DNA of 64,000 bases from a virus. Lineage: Duplodnaviria; Caudoviricetes. Below, one piece after another: positions 1 to 9,235 of the stretch. The notes beneath the pieces are model-generated. The model did not search any database. It had not been told where the DNA came from and saw nothing but the letters and a program-made list of their open reading frames with translations. Both the position numbers and the translations under genes were made by a program. Where the stretch lies: positions 32,001 through 96,000 of the IMG/VR virus record IMGVR_UViG_2718218393_000006; one strand, written 5' to 3'. Positions within the stretch are counted from its first letter, which is position 1, and every line of letters begins with the position of its first letter.

Positions 1-95
1 CCCACGTAGCGGTCCATGCTGGCGGCCATGGCGCGCGGCGCGGCTTCAAACGCCTTGCGCACCAGCGCGTCGTCCACCACCACCCAGCCTTTCAT
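1..95 (-). CDS. Partial phage virion morphogenesis protein (MKGWVVVDDALVRKAFEAAP...), runs off window
   Basis: ATG at 95 overlaps the TGA of the upstream gene (ATGA); position after head genes. Confidence 0.55.
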   Translation of the reverse strand, partial: MKGWVVVDDALVRKAFEAAPRAMAASMDRYV

Positions 96-718
96 TGGCA
101 CACCCTCCGCTCAAACTCTTCCATCAGCACGGTGTGCAGATAGGACGGCGTGCCGTTGCGCGGGGTGGCGCTGATGCCGTCGCGCACCTGATAGGGCTTG
201 ATGGTGTTGGAGATGGACAGCTCGCGCATGGCCTCGGCCTGGGCGCGCAGCAGCACCAGCGGCGCGTCCCCGGCCGGGAGGGTGCCGCCCTGCTCGTCCA
301 GCGTGTGGCGCGCGCGGTAGCGGTAGCTGGCGGCGCTGCCCAGCAGGCCGATCTGGCGCGCGGACGGCGCCGGCATCAGGTACAGCACGCGGCGGTCGCC
401 GTCGCGGCTGACGCGCATGTCCGGCAGGCGGCCCGGCCAGCCGTCCGCCCACACCGGCAGGCGCGCCTTGTCCGCCCGGCCCCAGTCAAACGCCTGCACC
501 GCCACCAGATCCGCCGGGCAGTCGTACACAATGCGCTCGGCCTCCAGCTGCAGGCGGCCCAGCACGATCAGCGGCCGGCGGCGGCTGTAGTCGTCCAGCG
601 CCACCTGCAGCAGGCGCTGGAACTGCGCCAGGCTGCCCCGCTCCGGTTCGCGGTCGAACTCCTCCGCGGCGCCCAGCAGGCTGTCGCGCAAGGCCGTGGC
701 CAGGGCGGACAGGGTCAT
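92..718 (-). CDS. Phage head-completion/neck protein (putative)
   Basis: 208 aa ORF, translationally coupled, two genes downstream of capsid. Confidence 0.55.
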   Translation of the reverse strand: MTLSALATALRDSLLGAAEEFDREPERGSLAQFQRLLQVALDDYSRRRPLIVLGRLQLEAERIVYDCPADLVAVQAFDWGRADKARLPVWADGWPGRLPDMRVSRDGDRRVLYLMPAPSARQIGLLGSAASYRYRARHTLDEQGGTLPAGDAPLVLLRAQAEAMRELSISNTIKPYQVRDGISATPRNGTPSYLHTVLMEEFERRVCQ

Positions 719-1146
719 TTCTTCTTGCCCTTGGCCGCGGCGGTTTCGGCGGCGTCCGCGCCTGCGGCCTGGAGCTCGCCGCTGAGCTCGTCGTCCTGTT
801 CGTCCGAGCGCGCGCCGGGCAGGCCCAGCGCCTCGCTGGCCGCGGTGAGCAGGCGCTCGGACACGGCGGACAGCACGTCCTTGCGGCGGCCTTCGGCCTG
901 TTCGCGTTCGCCCAGCAGTTCCAGATCCTCGCGCGCCAGCACGGGGATGGCGGACAGCAGCTCATGCAGCGAGCCGGCCAGCAGCGAGTCCACGATGTGC
1001 ACGGGAGCGACGTCGTCCAGCGCCAGCTCCGCCGCGGCGTAGCCGGGCAGCATGGTGGCGTCCACCTCGCGGGTTTCGCCGGGCGGAATCAGCTGGGTGC
1101 CGACGGTTTTGTAGTGTTCGCTGTCGTTGTAGAAGGGGATTTTCAT
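715..1146 (-). CDS. Phage hypothetical protein downstream of capsid
   Basis: MKIPFYND... ORF coupled to the next gene; acidic/Ala-rich. Confidence 0.6.
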   Translation of the reverse strand: MKIPFYNDSEHYKTVGTQLIPPGETREVDATMLPGYAAAELALDDVAPVHIVDSLLAGSLHELLSAIPVLAREDLELLGEREQAEGRRKDVLSAVSERLLTAASEALGLPGARSDEQDDELSGELQAAGADAAETAAAKGKKK

Positions 1147-1191
1147 CTGTCGCATCCGGTGATGCGGCCCGCCGGCGGCGGGCCGGCTGGG

Positions 1192-3759
1192 TTACAGGGC
1201 CGCGCGGGCGGCGCTGGAGTACACGATTACGCTGGTGAAGCGGTTGCGCACCACGCGCGGCACGGCGATGGCGTTGTATTCCTCGCCGTAGGCCTGCTTC
1301 TGGCCAATGGGGTGGCCGTCCGCGCCCACCATTTCGAACGGCTCGCCGGTGACGAAGGGCTTGGCGATGGTGTAGCCCAGCACGTTGCGCTGGCCCATCA
1401 GGATGCGCTCGTCGCCCAGGTCCACGCCCGGCGCGTTGGTGCCGAAGGCCGGCAGGTCTTTGATGCGGGCCAGATCGCCCTGGCTGTTGGTGTCGCTGCC
1501 GTCGCGCTTCTGGCTCACCACAAACTGCTCGGCGTTGGTGGCGGTGTCGTTCAGCGTGGGCGACATCAGCAGGAAGTCCGGCGCGATATAACGCTGGCCG
1601 CGCATCATGGCCTTGCGGTTGCCCACCTTCTGCAGCAGGCCGTTCAGCCATTTCTCTTGCGACACGCCGCCTTGCGGGTCCAGGTCGAACTTGGTGACGT
1701 TGGTGGCCACCGAGTAGCTGATGGCGTTGGTGCCGGTGGCGGCCGGGGCCACGGGCTGGCCGGCCTGGTCCACAAACTGCAGCGTGCCCAGGTTGAAGCT
1801 GAGCACCCGCCAGTAAGTGCCGGCCGGCTGCTTGCCGCTGCCGTCCCACTGCTTGATCTGCACGCTGTTCAGCGTGACGGTGATGGGGTTTTCCGGCAGG
1901 CCCACCGCGGCGCCCTGCAGGTCTCGCGCCTGGAAGGGGCGCACCACCGGCCACTGCGCCAGCTTGATCAGCGATTTGCCGCTGCCCAGCTGGGCAGCGA
2001 TGTTTTCGTTGCTCACCGACACGGCCAGATAGCTGTCCGCCGAGCGCTGCAGCTCGTTGCAGATGCGGCGCGCCACCAGCTCGCGCAGCACGCGGGCGTT
2101 GCTCTCGATGTTGCGGCCCAGCGCGTCCCAGTTCAGCGCGGAAGCGCGGGTGAAGAACTGCACTTCGTTGGTGATGGACAGCGCCAGCTTCATCGGGGTG
2201 ATGGACACGGTTTCCATCGCCTGGCGGATGCCGGCGTAAGGGATGGACTGGCCTTCGTAGACGATGCCTTCGTTCACCACCTGGCTGACGTCGCGCATCT
2301 CGTAAGGAATTTGCGTGGTGGCGGCGCCGGAAAAGTCGGTCAGCGTCTGCACCAGGGACAACACGTTGAGGTCGGACAACGCCTCGCGAATCACCTCGCG
2401 CTGTACGCCCAGCGGCAGCGCGGTGTTGCCCATGTCCACCGTGCCCTGCCCTTGCGCCAGCGCGCGGTATTCGGTTTCCAGCTGCGGCGCGTACATCCTG
2501 TCCAGCTGCGCCAACACCTTCTGGCAAAACGGCGGCAGTGTCTGCTTGGCGTCCAGGTGCAGCTGGCCGGCGGCGGACGACTTGGCCAGGTTCTCGCGGT
2601 AGAACTCAGACAGCTTCTTCACGCCGTCGGCGATCACCGTGATCTGCGGCGAGCCGGCCGGGGCGTAGCCCAGCGCAGACAGCTGGCGGGCGGCGGCCAG
2701 CTCGTTGGCGTGCTGGATCTGCATCTGCGCCAGCGCGCGCACCTGGTCGTCGGTGGTGTCGGCGGTGATCACGCCGGCGGCGGCCTCGGCAAGCGCCTTC
2801 TTGGCGGCATCGTCCAGGCCGGTGGCGGCATTGATGGTTTCCGCCAGCAGCTTGCGCTTGCCTTCGGTGATTTCGGCCAGCTGCTTGGCGGCGGTGTCCC
2901 GCTCGGCCAGCGCCTTGGCCACGGCCGCGCCGACGTCGGCCTGGTTCACGCTACCGCCGACGGACAGCTGGATCACCGGCGCCGGGCCGTTCGCCGGCAG
3001 CTTGGCCAGCTGCTCGGACAGCTGGATAGCCGCCTGCTCCAGCTGCTCGCACAGCTGCTTGGCCTGGGCTTCGTCGGTGATGCCTTCCAGCTGGGCCTCG
3101 GCCAGCGTTTTGACGGCGGCCACCGCCTGCTCGGACAGTTTGCGCGCGGCCAGGGCCTCCAGCAGCGCCTTCAGATACTTGTTCATCGTGGTTTTCGCCT
3201 CGGAAAGGAGAGTTCGCGCCAGCTCCGGGTGGAGCAGCAATGGGATGTCCGCGCCGGAATCGCACGACAGCGTGACGGGGTCCAGGCGCTTGATCACCGG
3301 ACGCACGGTGAGGCCTGCACCCAACAGGACGGGGCCGTGGAGCCGGCCCTGTTCGTTGTCCTGCCAGTTTTCGGAGAATTCAGCGGAGAGATAACGGAAG
3401 CCGCGGGCCTTGACCGCGTCGCGGCCAAAGTCGGTCCACTCCACCAGCGCGCGCAGCCGGCCGCCCTCCACCGCCAGCTTGCAGATCTTGGCGGCGGCGC
3501 CGTCACCGGGCTGGTGGTTCACGTCCAGGAAGATGTCCGTGCCCACCACGCCAGCGTCAAAGTTGCGGACCATGGCCAGCAGCATGTCGCGGGAGATCTC
3601 GAAGCGCCCATAGCGCGGATCGGAAAACGAGCCCTCCCGGGTGAGCGTCACCCAGCTGGTGGGTTTGGCGTCCGGCACATCGGCCATGCCGGCCAGCAAC
3701 CGGACCACTTGGCCCGGCTGGGGGTTTTCAGAGAGTTGGAAGTGTCGGGGTGCTTGCAT
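1192..3759 (-). CDS. Fused prohead protease (Mu gpI-like) / scaffold / major capsid protein
   Basis: 855 aa. N-terminal Mu-I-like motifs (IFLDVNH, VEWTDFG, FRYLSAEF, LLGAGLTVRP), Ala/Gln-rich helical middle, capsid-like C-terminal half. Confidence 0.8.
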   Translation of the reverse strand: MQAPRHFQLSENPQPGQVVRLLAGMADVPDAKPTSWVTLTREGSFSDPRYGRFEISRDMLLAMVRNFDAGVVGTDIFLDVNHQPGDGAAAKICKLAVEGGRLRALVEWTDFGRDAVKARGFRYLSAEFSENWQDNEQGRLHGPVLLGAGLTVRPVIKRLDPVTLSCDSGADIPLLLHPELARTLLSEAKTTMNKYLKALLEALAARKLSEQAVAAVKTLAEAQLEGITDEAQAKQLCEQLEQAAIQLSEQLAKLPANGPAPVIQLSVGGSVNQADVGAAVAKALAERDTAAKQLAEITEGKRKLLAETINAATGLDDAAKKALAEAAAGVITADTTDDQVRALAQMQIQHANELAAARQLSALGYAPAGSPQITVIADGVKKLSEFYRENLAKSSAAGQLHLDAKQTLPPFCQKVLAQLDRMYAPQLETEYRALAQGQGTVDMGNTALPLGVQREVIREALSDLNVLSLVQTLTDFSGAATTQIPYEMRDVSQVVNEGIVYEGQSIPYAGIRQAMETVSITPMKLALSITNEVQFFTRASALNWDALGRNIESNARVLRELVARRICNELQRSADSYLAVSVSNENIAAQLGSGKSLIKLAQWPVVRPFQARDLQGAAVGLPENPITVTLNSVQIKQWDGSGKQPAGTYWRVLSFNLGTLQFVDQAGQPVAPAATGTNAISYSVATNVTKFDLDPQGGVSQEKWLNGLLQKVGNRKAMMRGQRYIAPDFLLMSPTLNDTATNAEQFVVSQKRDGSDTNSQGDLARIKDLPAFGTNAPGVDLGDERILMGQRNVLGYTIAKPFVTGEPFEMVGADGHPIGQKQAYGEEYNAIAVPRVVRNRFTSVIVYSSAARAAL

Positions 3760-3805
3760 CGCCTACCTGCCAGAAACGCGCGGATGCGCGGTTTCTAGCA
3801 GGGTA

Positions 3806-3836
3806 AGCATGGGGGGATGGTGGGATAAGGGGGGGA
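3806..3836 (-). promoter_or_regulatory. Putative late promoter copy 1 (activator motif + CATGCT -10)
   Basis: GGTGGGATAAGGGGGGGA at 3819-3836 is identical to 11872-11889; on the minus strand both copies are followed by CATGCT. Confidence 0.6.
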
Positions 3837-3887
3837 ATTGGACGGAAATGGCTGGAGCACCAACGACATATCCGCCCTACTCTGGAG

Positions 3888-4832
3888 TCAATTTACGCTA
3901 TCCGGCTTTTCTTCTAACACAGCAGGGGCAATCTCACCTGAGTTATGAACTGAATTAGAGACACTATATCGACGCCTACTCAATGCCATCCCCCACATTG
4001 CACCAATAGCTTTAGCCTGGCTCGGCTCGAAACTTTCATCTGCCGGATATGATTTGGGATGCTTTCGCTTTTCCACCCACTTAAAAATATAGTACACAGC
4101 AAACATAAGCGGGATTACAATACCAAAAGCCAACATTCTCTTCAGCGCCTCAGGTACTTCACCGGGGTTTACAAACAATGTATCCCACGAATAATCCCTC
4201 AACAGCCAAACAACCCCTACAATAAGCGATATAGGGCAAAGAATCAGCATCGCCAACAAGAAAATTATTCCAATCCACTCACCAATGGGAAGCACTCCAT
4301 CATCGATATAAAAAGAAAAATCCTTATCCTGGCCAAAAATCCTTCCGCCAGCAGACAACTTCTTCTTGGGATAACCCTCTACAAAGAAGCCAATCTCCGC
4401 CCACTCACCTGCATTCACGCATTCGAAATCCAATTCAAATTTATTATTTTCCCTGGCAGAAACAGCAAGCCCAATTTCGCACCCATCCTTAAAAAAAACA
4501 GGTTCTCCCAACACTCCAACCTCGTCAGGAATCTTAATAAACAAAGGAGACTCCTTACTTATATCCTGCCTTACAACACAATCCTTCCCTCTATTCCAAA
4601 TTCTGACGCATATAAAATAAACATCACTAAGCTTCCTACCCGTTCTGTCTAAAACGTCAAATGGGCAAGCAGTGGCCGCCTCAATAATTATTCCGCGATT
4701 CATTACCTCAGCAACTAATTCTTTCTTCCTCTCCGTTTGCTTGGCTACAATCAAACTTGCCAAATAGCCAAGAAGTGCTCCCACAAACAAAAAAATGATA
4801 TCCCTTGTAAGTAAGCTCAGAATCCATTTCAT
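3888..4832 (-). CDS. Low-GC membrane protein (N-terminal TM, beta-rich domain, two C-terminal TMs); moron
   Basis: 314 aa, hydrophobic segments, AT-rich relative to flanks. Confidence 0.75.
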   Translation of the reverse strand: MKWILSLLTRDIIFLFVGALLGYLASLIVAKQTERKKELVAEVMNRGIIIEAATACPFDVLDRTGRKLSDVYFICVRIWNRGKDCVVRQDISKESPLFIKIPDEVGVLGEPVFFKDGCEIGLAVSARENNKFELDFECVNAGEWAEIGFFVEGYPKKKLSAGGRIFGQDKDFSFYIDDGVLPIGEWIGIIFLLAMLILCPISLIVGVVWLLRDYSWDTLFVNPGEVPEALKRMLAFGIVIPLMFAVYYIFKWVEKRKHPKSYPADESFEPSQAKAIGAMWGMALSRRRYSVSNSVHNSGEIAPAVLEEKPDSVN

Positions 4833-4935
4833 ACGCTCTCCACCAACTTATATAATTAAAAACTATTAAACAAGTCTTTCTGCTATCGGCTTCGTGCTTA
4901 GCCTTATCAAATGTCAAGAAGCATCTATTACGCGA

Positions 4936-6714
4936 CTACCAAAGCATTCGCCCACATGCCCTCTTAAAGTTCTCCAAAAACAAATCCAGTTTCCTACTAT
5001 GGCCATCAGCAAATTCAGCCGACAATATCTGCGCCCTCCACCCATCAGCCTCCAACGCCTTAATTAAGCCATTATGAACAGTACCATTCCATCCAACACG
5101 CCCAAGAGGCATCCCCGCAAAGATTTGGCCATTTGATTTTTGATAGGCGCTTTCCAACTCAAGCAATTCATTCTCTTCAAAATAAGCTAGAGAACCCAGC
5201 ATTTCAAACCTGCCAAACAATACCTCAAAATTCAAATCAACCCCAACAAGTCCATTTTTCCAGGAGGAAAATAAATCATACAAATGATCGCTCAATGGCG
5301 TTCTTCGCTTCTCAAGCCCTTCCAACTCACGCCACAAGCCAGTGTTATTGTTCCAAGCCTCTAGAAATAACGACCTAACAACGAGCTGCGCATCCCTGCC
5401 ATCAAAAACAACCTTCTCACGAAAAAGCTTGTGAAGCTCACCCCACTTTTCAGCCCGAACCAATCCCAGCCCATAACCATAAAAAAACAGCACCGCCGGA
5501 TAAAGCCTTAAGTTCAACCAAACTGTATTCCCACCGTTATTCTTTGACCCTGTAGAAACCAAATTTTTCAATATTTCCAGCGCCCACAATCGATGCTCAT
5601 CACGCCCCCACCTCCCGAGCATCAAACCAATCTTCACAACTCCTTCTGCAGAAGACTCGTAAAATGAAACTCGCCTATTAAACTCTTCTTTACTCCATGC
5701 CTGCATAGCTGAAAGATCACTTGAATTAATATTATTCGACAGGTGCCCCAGCTCACCGGATACAATATCGTCAAGTTGAATAAAACTATCTTGCTTTGGA
5801 AGAGCTCTCTTAACCATATCAATCAGCAGATTGATCTTTATTGGATTTTCTTGCCTGGAAAGATTGAGAATCTCCACTTTCTTTGCAATGCTGCCAAAAA
5901 ACTCATCTGCCCCATCAATTTGAATCTCTATTGCTCTTCTATGGTTTATTAGCTCTTTAGCACCATCACCGACTCTTCCCCTAGACGCCCAAAAAACTGG
6001 GTAGCGTCTAGCTGGCACTCTGAGGATCGCCGCACGTAAAGCATGATCCCATTCACCAGACCAGCCACAGACAATCAAACCATGTTCGTCAAAAATCCTA
6101 TTAAGGAGCACACCATACTCTTCAGGGTAAGCACTCAATTCTTCATCTGTATTTAGAATGCGTGCATCTTTATAGTCCCCATGAATCTTGAGCAGATAAC
6201 AACGAGAGTGCGTTAGAGGCTCCGCTCCTGCAAGCGCATCCACTGAAGAAATAACCGTTGGTTCAACCCCCTTCTCACGCAGTGCATTCTCCATTAACCG
6301 GTCAAAATTGGTTGTGATGATGACTCGAACATGCCCAGACTTCACCAAATCGGCAATGGCAAGGTGTGCCGCAGTGGGCACTTTCAGGCCATCCTGTGCT
6401 TCTTGCTCTGTGGGCTCAATGTAAGAATGCAGAATCGAACGGCGTTCCTCAGGTGAAATAGCTATATCAGCCAGGAGGTCTGAATAATTCGGTTCTTTTC
6501 CTGTTTTTTCTCGATACCACTGCGCCCAATCGTCTTGCTCTTCTTCCCCTTGTGCCAAACCGATTCGCCTAACTAGATCAAGTGTGATTTCCCACCCAGT
6601 AGGGATGCTGGCAGTTCGGGAAATTCCTGAACCGATCATGACTGCATACACACCTTTGTTCTCATACAAAGAAAACGCCAGCTGGGTACGAGGATCGCTT
6701 CCAATTAGTGACAT
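4936..6714 (-). CDS. SIR2-family protein with long helical C-terminal region; candidate anti-phage NADase
   Basis: Motifs GSGISRTASIPTG, IITTNFDRLME, LLKIHGDY, IVCGWSGEWD; low GC. Confidence 0.85.
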   Translation of the reverse strand: MSLIGSDPRTQLAFSLYENKGVYAVMIGSGISRTASIPTGWEITLDLVRRIGLAQGEEEQDDWAQWYREKTGKEPNYSDLLADIAISPEERRSILHSYIEPTEQEAQDGLKVPTAAHLAIADLVKSGHVRVIITTNFDRLMENALREKGVEPTVISSVDALAGAEPLTHSRCYLLKIHGDYKDARILNTDEELSAYPEEYGVLLNRIFDEHGLIVCGWSGEWDHALRAAILRVPARRYPVFWASRGRVGDGAKELINHRRAIEIQIDGADEFFGSIAKKVEILNLSRQENPIKINLLIDMVKRALPKQDSFIQLDDIVSGELGHLSNNINSSDLSAMQAWSKEEFNRRVSFYESSAEGVVKIGLMLGRWGRDEHRLWALEILKNLVSTGSKNNGGNTVWLNLRLYPAVLFFYGYGLGLVRAEKWGELHKLFREKVVFDGRDAQLVVRSLFLEAWNNNTGLWRELEGLEKRRTPLSDHLYDLFSSWKNGLVGVDLNFEVLFGRFEMLGSLAYFEENELLELESAYQKSNGQIFAGMPLGRVGWNGTVHNGLIKALEADGWRAQILSAEFADGHSRKLDLFLENFKRACGRMLW

Positions 6715-6776
6715 ATTTAGCCTCAACTCTCATGCAATAGTCATTCGACAGGAAAATCATGCCACAAAATCTGTCA

Positions 6777-7673
6777 TCACCCTGGAGAAAATACGACTTC
6801 GACATAACTAAGTGTGTTCGGATGCGCCGGCCACGGGCAGGCCTCGCGGCTGGGATACACGCCTGGGCCTAGCCCGTAGCGGTCGGCGGTGGCATGGATG
6901 TCGCACACATCGCGGACGCGATGGTTAGGCGACAGCCGAAACCTCACCCCCACCACCCCATCGGTCTGAAACGCCGCGCCCATATAGGCCTCGCCGTGGG
7001 CGCGGTTGATCTCGGTGCGGAACACCCGCTCCGCCTGGTACACCACCCCCTTGCTGTTCACCGGATCCGCCTCGCCCGTCATCAGGCTGCGCACCCGCCG
7101 GCCCAGATTGCCACCGCGGGCGCCGTTGTAGGCGCTGGCGATGTCGGCCGGCACCCCCTCGCCGCGGCCCATGCTGTGCAGCATGGCCTGGTGGGCGCTC
7201 TCGCCATTGATTACGGCGAACTGGACATGGTCGGTCAGCACCTGGGCGGCGTTGCGGTTCAGTCGCCACAGGCGATCAGACAGCTGCAGGCCATCGGCAG
7301 CGGTGAAGGAACGGACGAATGCGACGGCGGAATGGTTGACTGCGAACAGGGTGGATTCCGGCAGCGCGCCGGCGAACACGCAGGCACCCAAGCGGGCGGA
7401 CTGCTCAATCTGGCGGTACAGCTGGCCGTCCCGCCGCTCTTGCAGTCGGCGCAGCTCCTCGCGGACATGGGACAGCACGTTCTGCAGCCGCTCCAGCCCC
7501 ACCCTGTCGTCCTGGCCGGCCGCGCGCTGGATATGTTCCGCGATGGCCTTGGCCGCTTCGCCGTAGGTGTCCAGCAGGTCTTGCGCGGACTGGTCGCCCA
7601 GCTGGTTGCGCTGTTCCACCGCGGCCAGGGTGGCGGCGCGGATCAGCGCGGCGCGATCGCGGTTAGCGGCCAT
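6777..7673 (-). CDS. Head morphogenesis protein (Mu gpF / SPP1 gp7-like)
   Basis: RVFRTEINRAH...CDIHA...PAHPNTLS motif; follows portal. Confidence 0.75.
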   Translation of the reverse strand: MAANRDRAALIRAATLAAVEQRNQLGDQSAQDLLDTYGEAAKAIAEHIQRAAGQDDRVGLERLQNVLSHVREELRRLQERRDGQLYRQIEQSARLGACVFAGALPESTLFAVNHSAVAFVRSFTAADGLQLSDRLWRLNRNAAQVLTDHVQFAVINGESAHQAMLHSMGRGEGVPADIASAYNGARGGNLGRRVRSLMTGEADPVNSKGVVYQAERVFRTEINRAHGEAYMGAAFQTDGVVGVRFRLSPNHRVRDVCDIHATADRYGLGPGVYPSREACPWPAHPNTLSYVEVVFSPG

Positions 7674-9021
7674 GGCCAATGTCCGTCGCGCTTTCGCCCT
7701 TGCGGCCGTTGCCCGGCGTGACTTTGACGGTGGGCGCGGCGGCGGCCGGCTCGGGGTATGGGTCATAATGCTTGGCGTCGCTGTCGCGGCGGGCCTCCAC
7801 CGTTGCCGGGTTGTAGCCCACCTCCTCCCACACCATGGAGTGCGGCAGGCCCAGGGCTTGCAGCTTGAGAGCGCGGTCTACCGTTTGGGTGGCGGTTTCG
7901 GTGCGGCGCTCGGCGAAGGTGACTTTGAATTCTTCCGCATCCGGGTTGATGCCCTTGAGCAGCAGCTGCAGGCGGAAGCCGAACTCGTACACCCAGGCCA
8001 GGGTGTCTTGCAGCTGGTCCACCTCGTCGTAATAGTCCCGTTTGAGGTCTTCCAGGATGTCCCGCGCCATGCCGTCGGTGTAGCCCATCAGCCCCTTGGG
8101 CAGCGGGGTGCCGGCGAAGAAACTATCCAGCAGGTAGAGCACGTCCTGGATCTCGCCCAAGGCGGCGTCGCCTTGCACCGCCGTCACCGCGCCTTTCTTG
8201 TTCAGGTAGAAATCGGTCTGAATCAGCTCGGCATTGGCTTCCACGCGGTCCTGGTAGGCCTGCAGCTCTACCTCTGTGGCGCCCTCCAGCACGTGGGACA
8301 GCCGCAGCGGCGCGCGGTGTTTGCGGCGGATCACCAGGTCGGTGTCGGTCATGCGCAGCTTGCGCCAGATCTCGCGGCTGGCGTCCAGGAACGGCCGGCC
8401 CAACGCGCCCATGTCGTCGAAGTTTTCCGGGTCCAGCCGCGCCAGGGTGAGCTGCCACAGCGGAAAGCTGGCCAGCTCCAGGCCGTTGCTCAAGTCCATC
8501 TGGGTGTAGGCGGCGCGCGGGTCGAGAAACTGGCCGTTGACGCCGACATTGGGCCGCATGGTTTCGGTGGGCATGCGCACGGCGGAGACGACATTGCCGG
8601 CGACGTCCAACACCCACTGCATCGGCAAGTTGCCTTCCTTCAACAGGCCGCGAGCGTCGCTTTTCAGCTTCTCCGCCCGATCCAGCTGCAGCCGGCGGAC
8701 GAATCGGTCCCACTCGGCGCGCAGCGGGCTGGCCGGGTCGGTTTGCAACAGCACCAGGCCGCCGCGGGTAACGTCCCGAGCCACGCGGGCATGGATGCGT
8801 TTCACCCGGCCGTCCGCCTGGTCCATCTGGCGGATGTCCAGGATGGTGGCGCGCAGGTCGTAGTCCACATGGAATTGCCGGTACATGGCGCGGATCTGGT
8901 TCTCCGGCGTGGAGCGGCGGCCGGTTTCGCTGGTGGGGCCGATGGTTTCGCCGGGGAGCGCGGGCGCCGCCGCGGACTTTTTCAGGCCCAGCCGGGCCAA
9001 CAGGGTTTCAAGCATCGCCAT
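7663..9021 (-). CDS. Portal protein
   Basis: 452 aa between terminase and head morphogenesis genes. Confidence 0.7.
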   Translation of the reverse strand: MAMLETLLARLGLKKSAAAPALPGETIGPTSETGRRSTPENQIRAMYRQFHVDYDLRATILDIRQMDQADGRVKRIHARVARDVTRGGLVLLQTDPASPLRAEWDRFVRRLQLDRAEKLKSDARGLLKEGNLPMQWVLDVAGNVVSAVRMPTETMRPNVGVNGQFLDPRAAYTQMDLSNGLELASFPLWQLTLARLDPENFDDMGALGRPFLDASREIWRKLRMTDTDLVIRRKHRAPLRLSHVLEGATEVELQAYQDRVEANAELIQTDFYLNKKGAVTAVQGDAALGEIQDVLYLLDSFFAGTPLPKGLMGYTDGMARDILEDLKRDYYDEVDQLQDTLAWVYEFGFRLQLLLKGINPDAEEFKVTFAERRTETATQTVDRALKLQALGLPHSMVWEEVGYNPATVEARRDSDAKHYDPYPEPAAAAPTVKVTPGNGRKGESATDIGHGR

Positions 9022-9235
9022 GGGGTGCGTCCTCGATCGGGGTTACGGACATCACATTGCGCCAGCCGTGAATCATGCCGGCGTCCAGCAGGTCGCGGAT
9101 CAGTTGGTCGTCGCCAAACGCCTCGCGCCAGGCGTCGCGCATTTGGGCGGCGCGCTGGCGCTGCGCCGGGGTGAGCGGCGGAGGCGGCGGCAGGGTTTCG
9201 TCCAGATGGGCGCGCTTGTATTTGCCGTAGCTCAT
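9008..9235 (-). CDS. Phage hypothetical protein
   Basis: 75 aa ORF overlapping both neighbours. Confidence 0.55.
   Translation of the reverse strand: MSYGKYKRAHLDETLPPPPPLTPAQRQRAAQMRDAWREAFGDDQLIRDLLDAGMIHGWRNVMSVTPIEDAPHGDA

Noticed and set aside
964-3798. Long plus-strand ORFs opposite phage genes (e.g. 964-3798, 7567-9174, 9250-10776, 38375-39463)
   Set aside because: Antisense shadows caused by high-GC codon bias of the real minus-strand genes.
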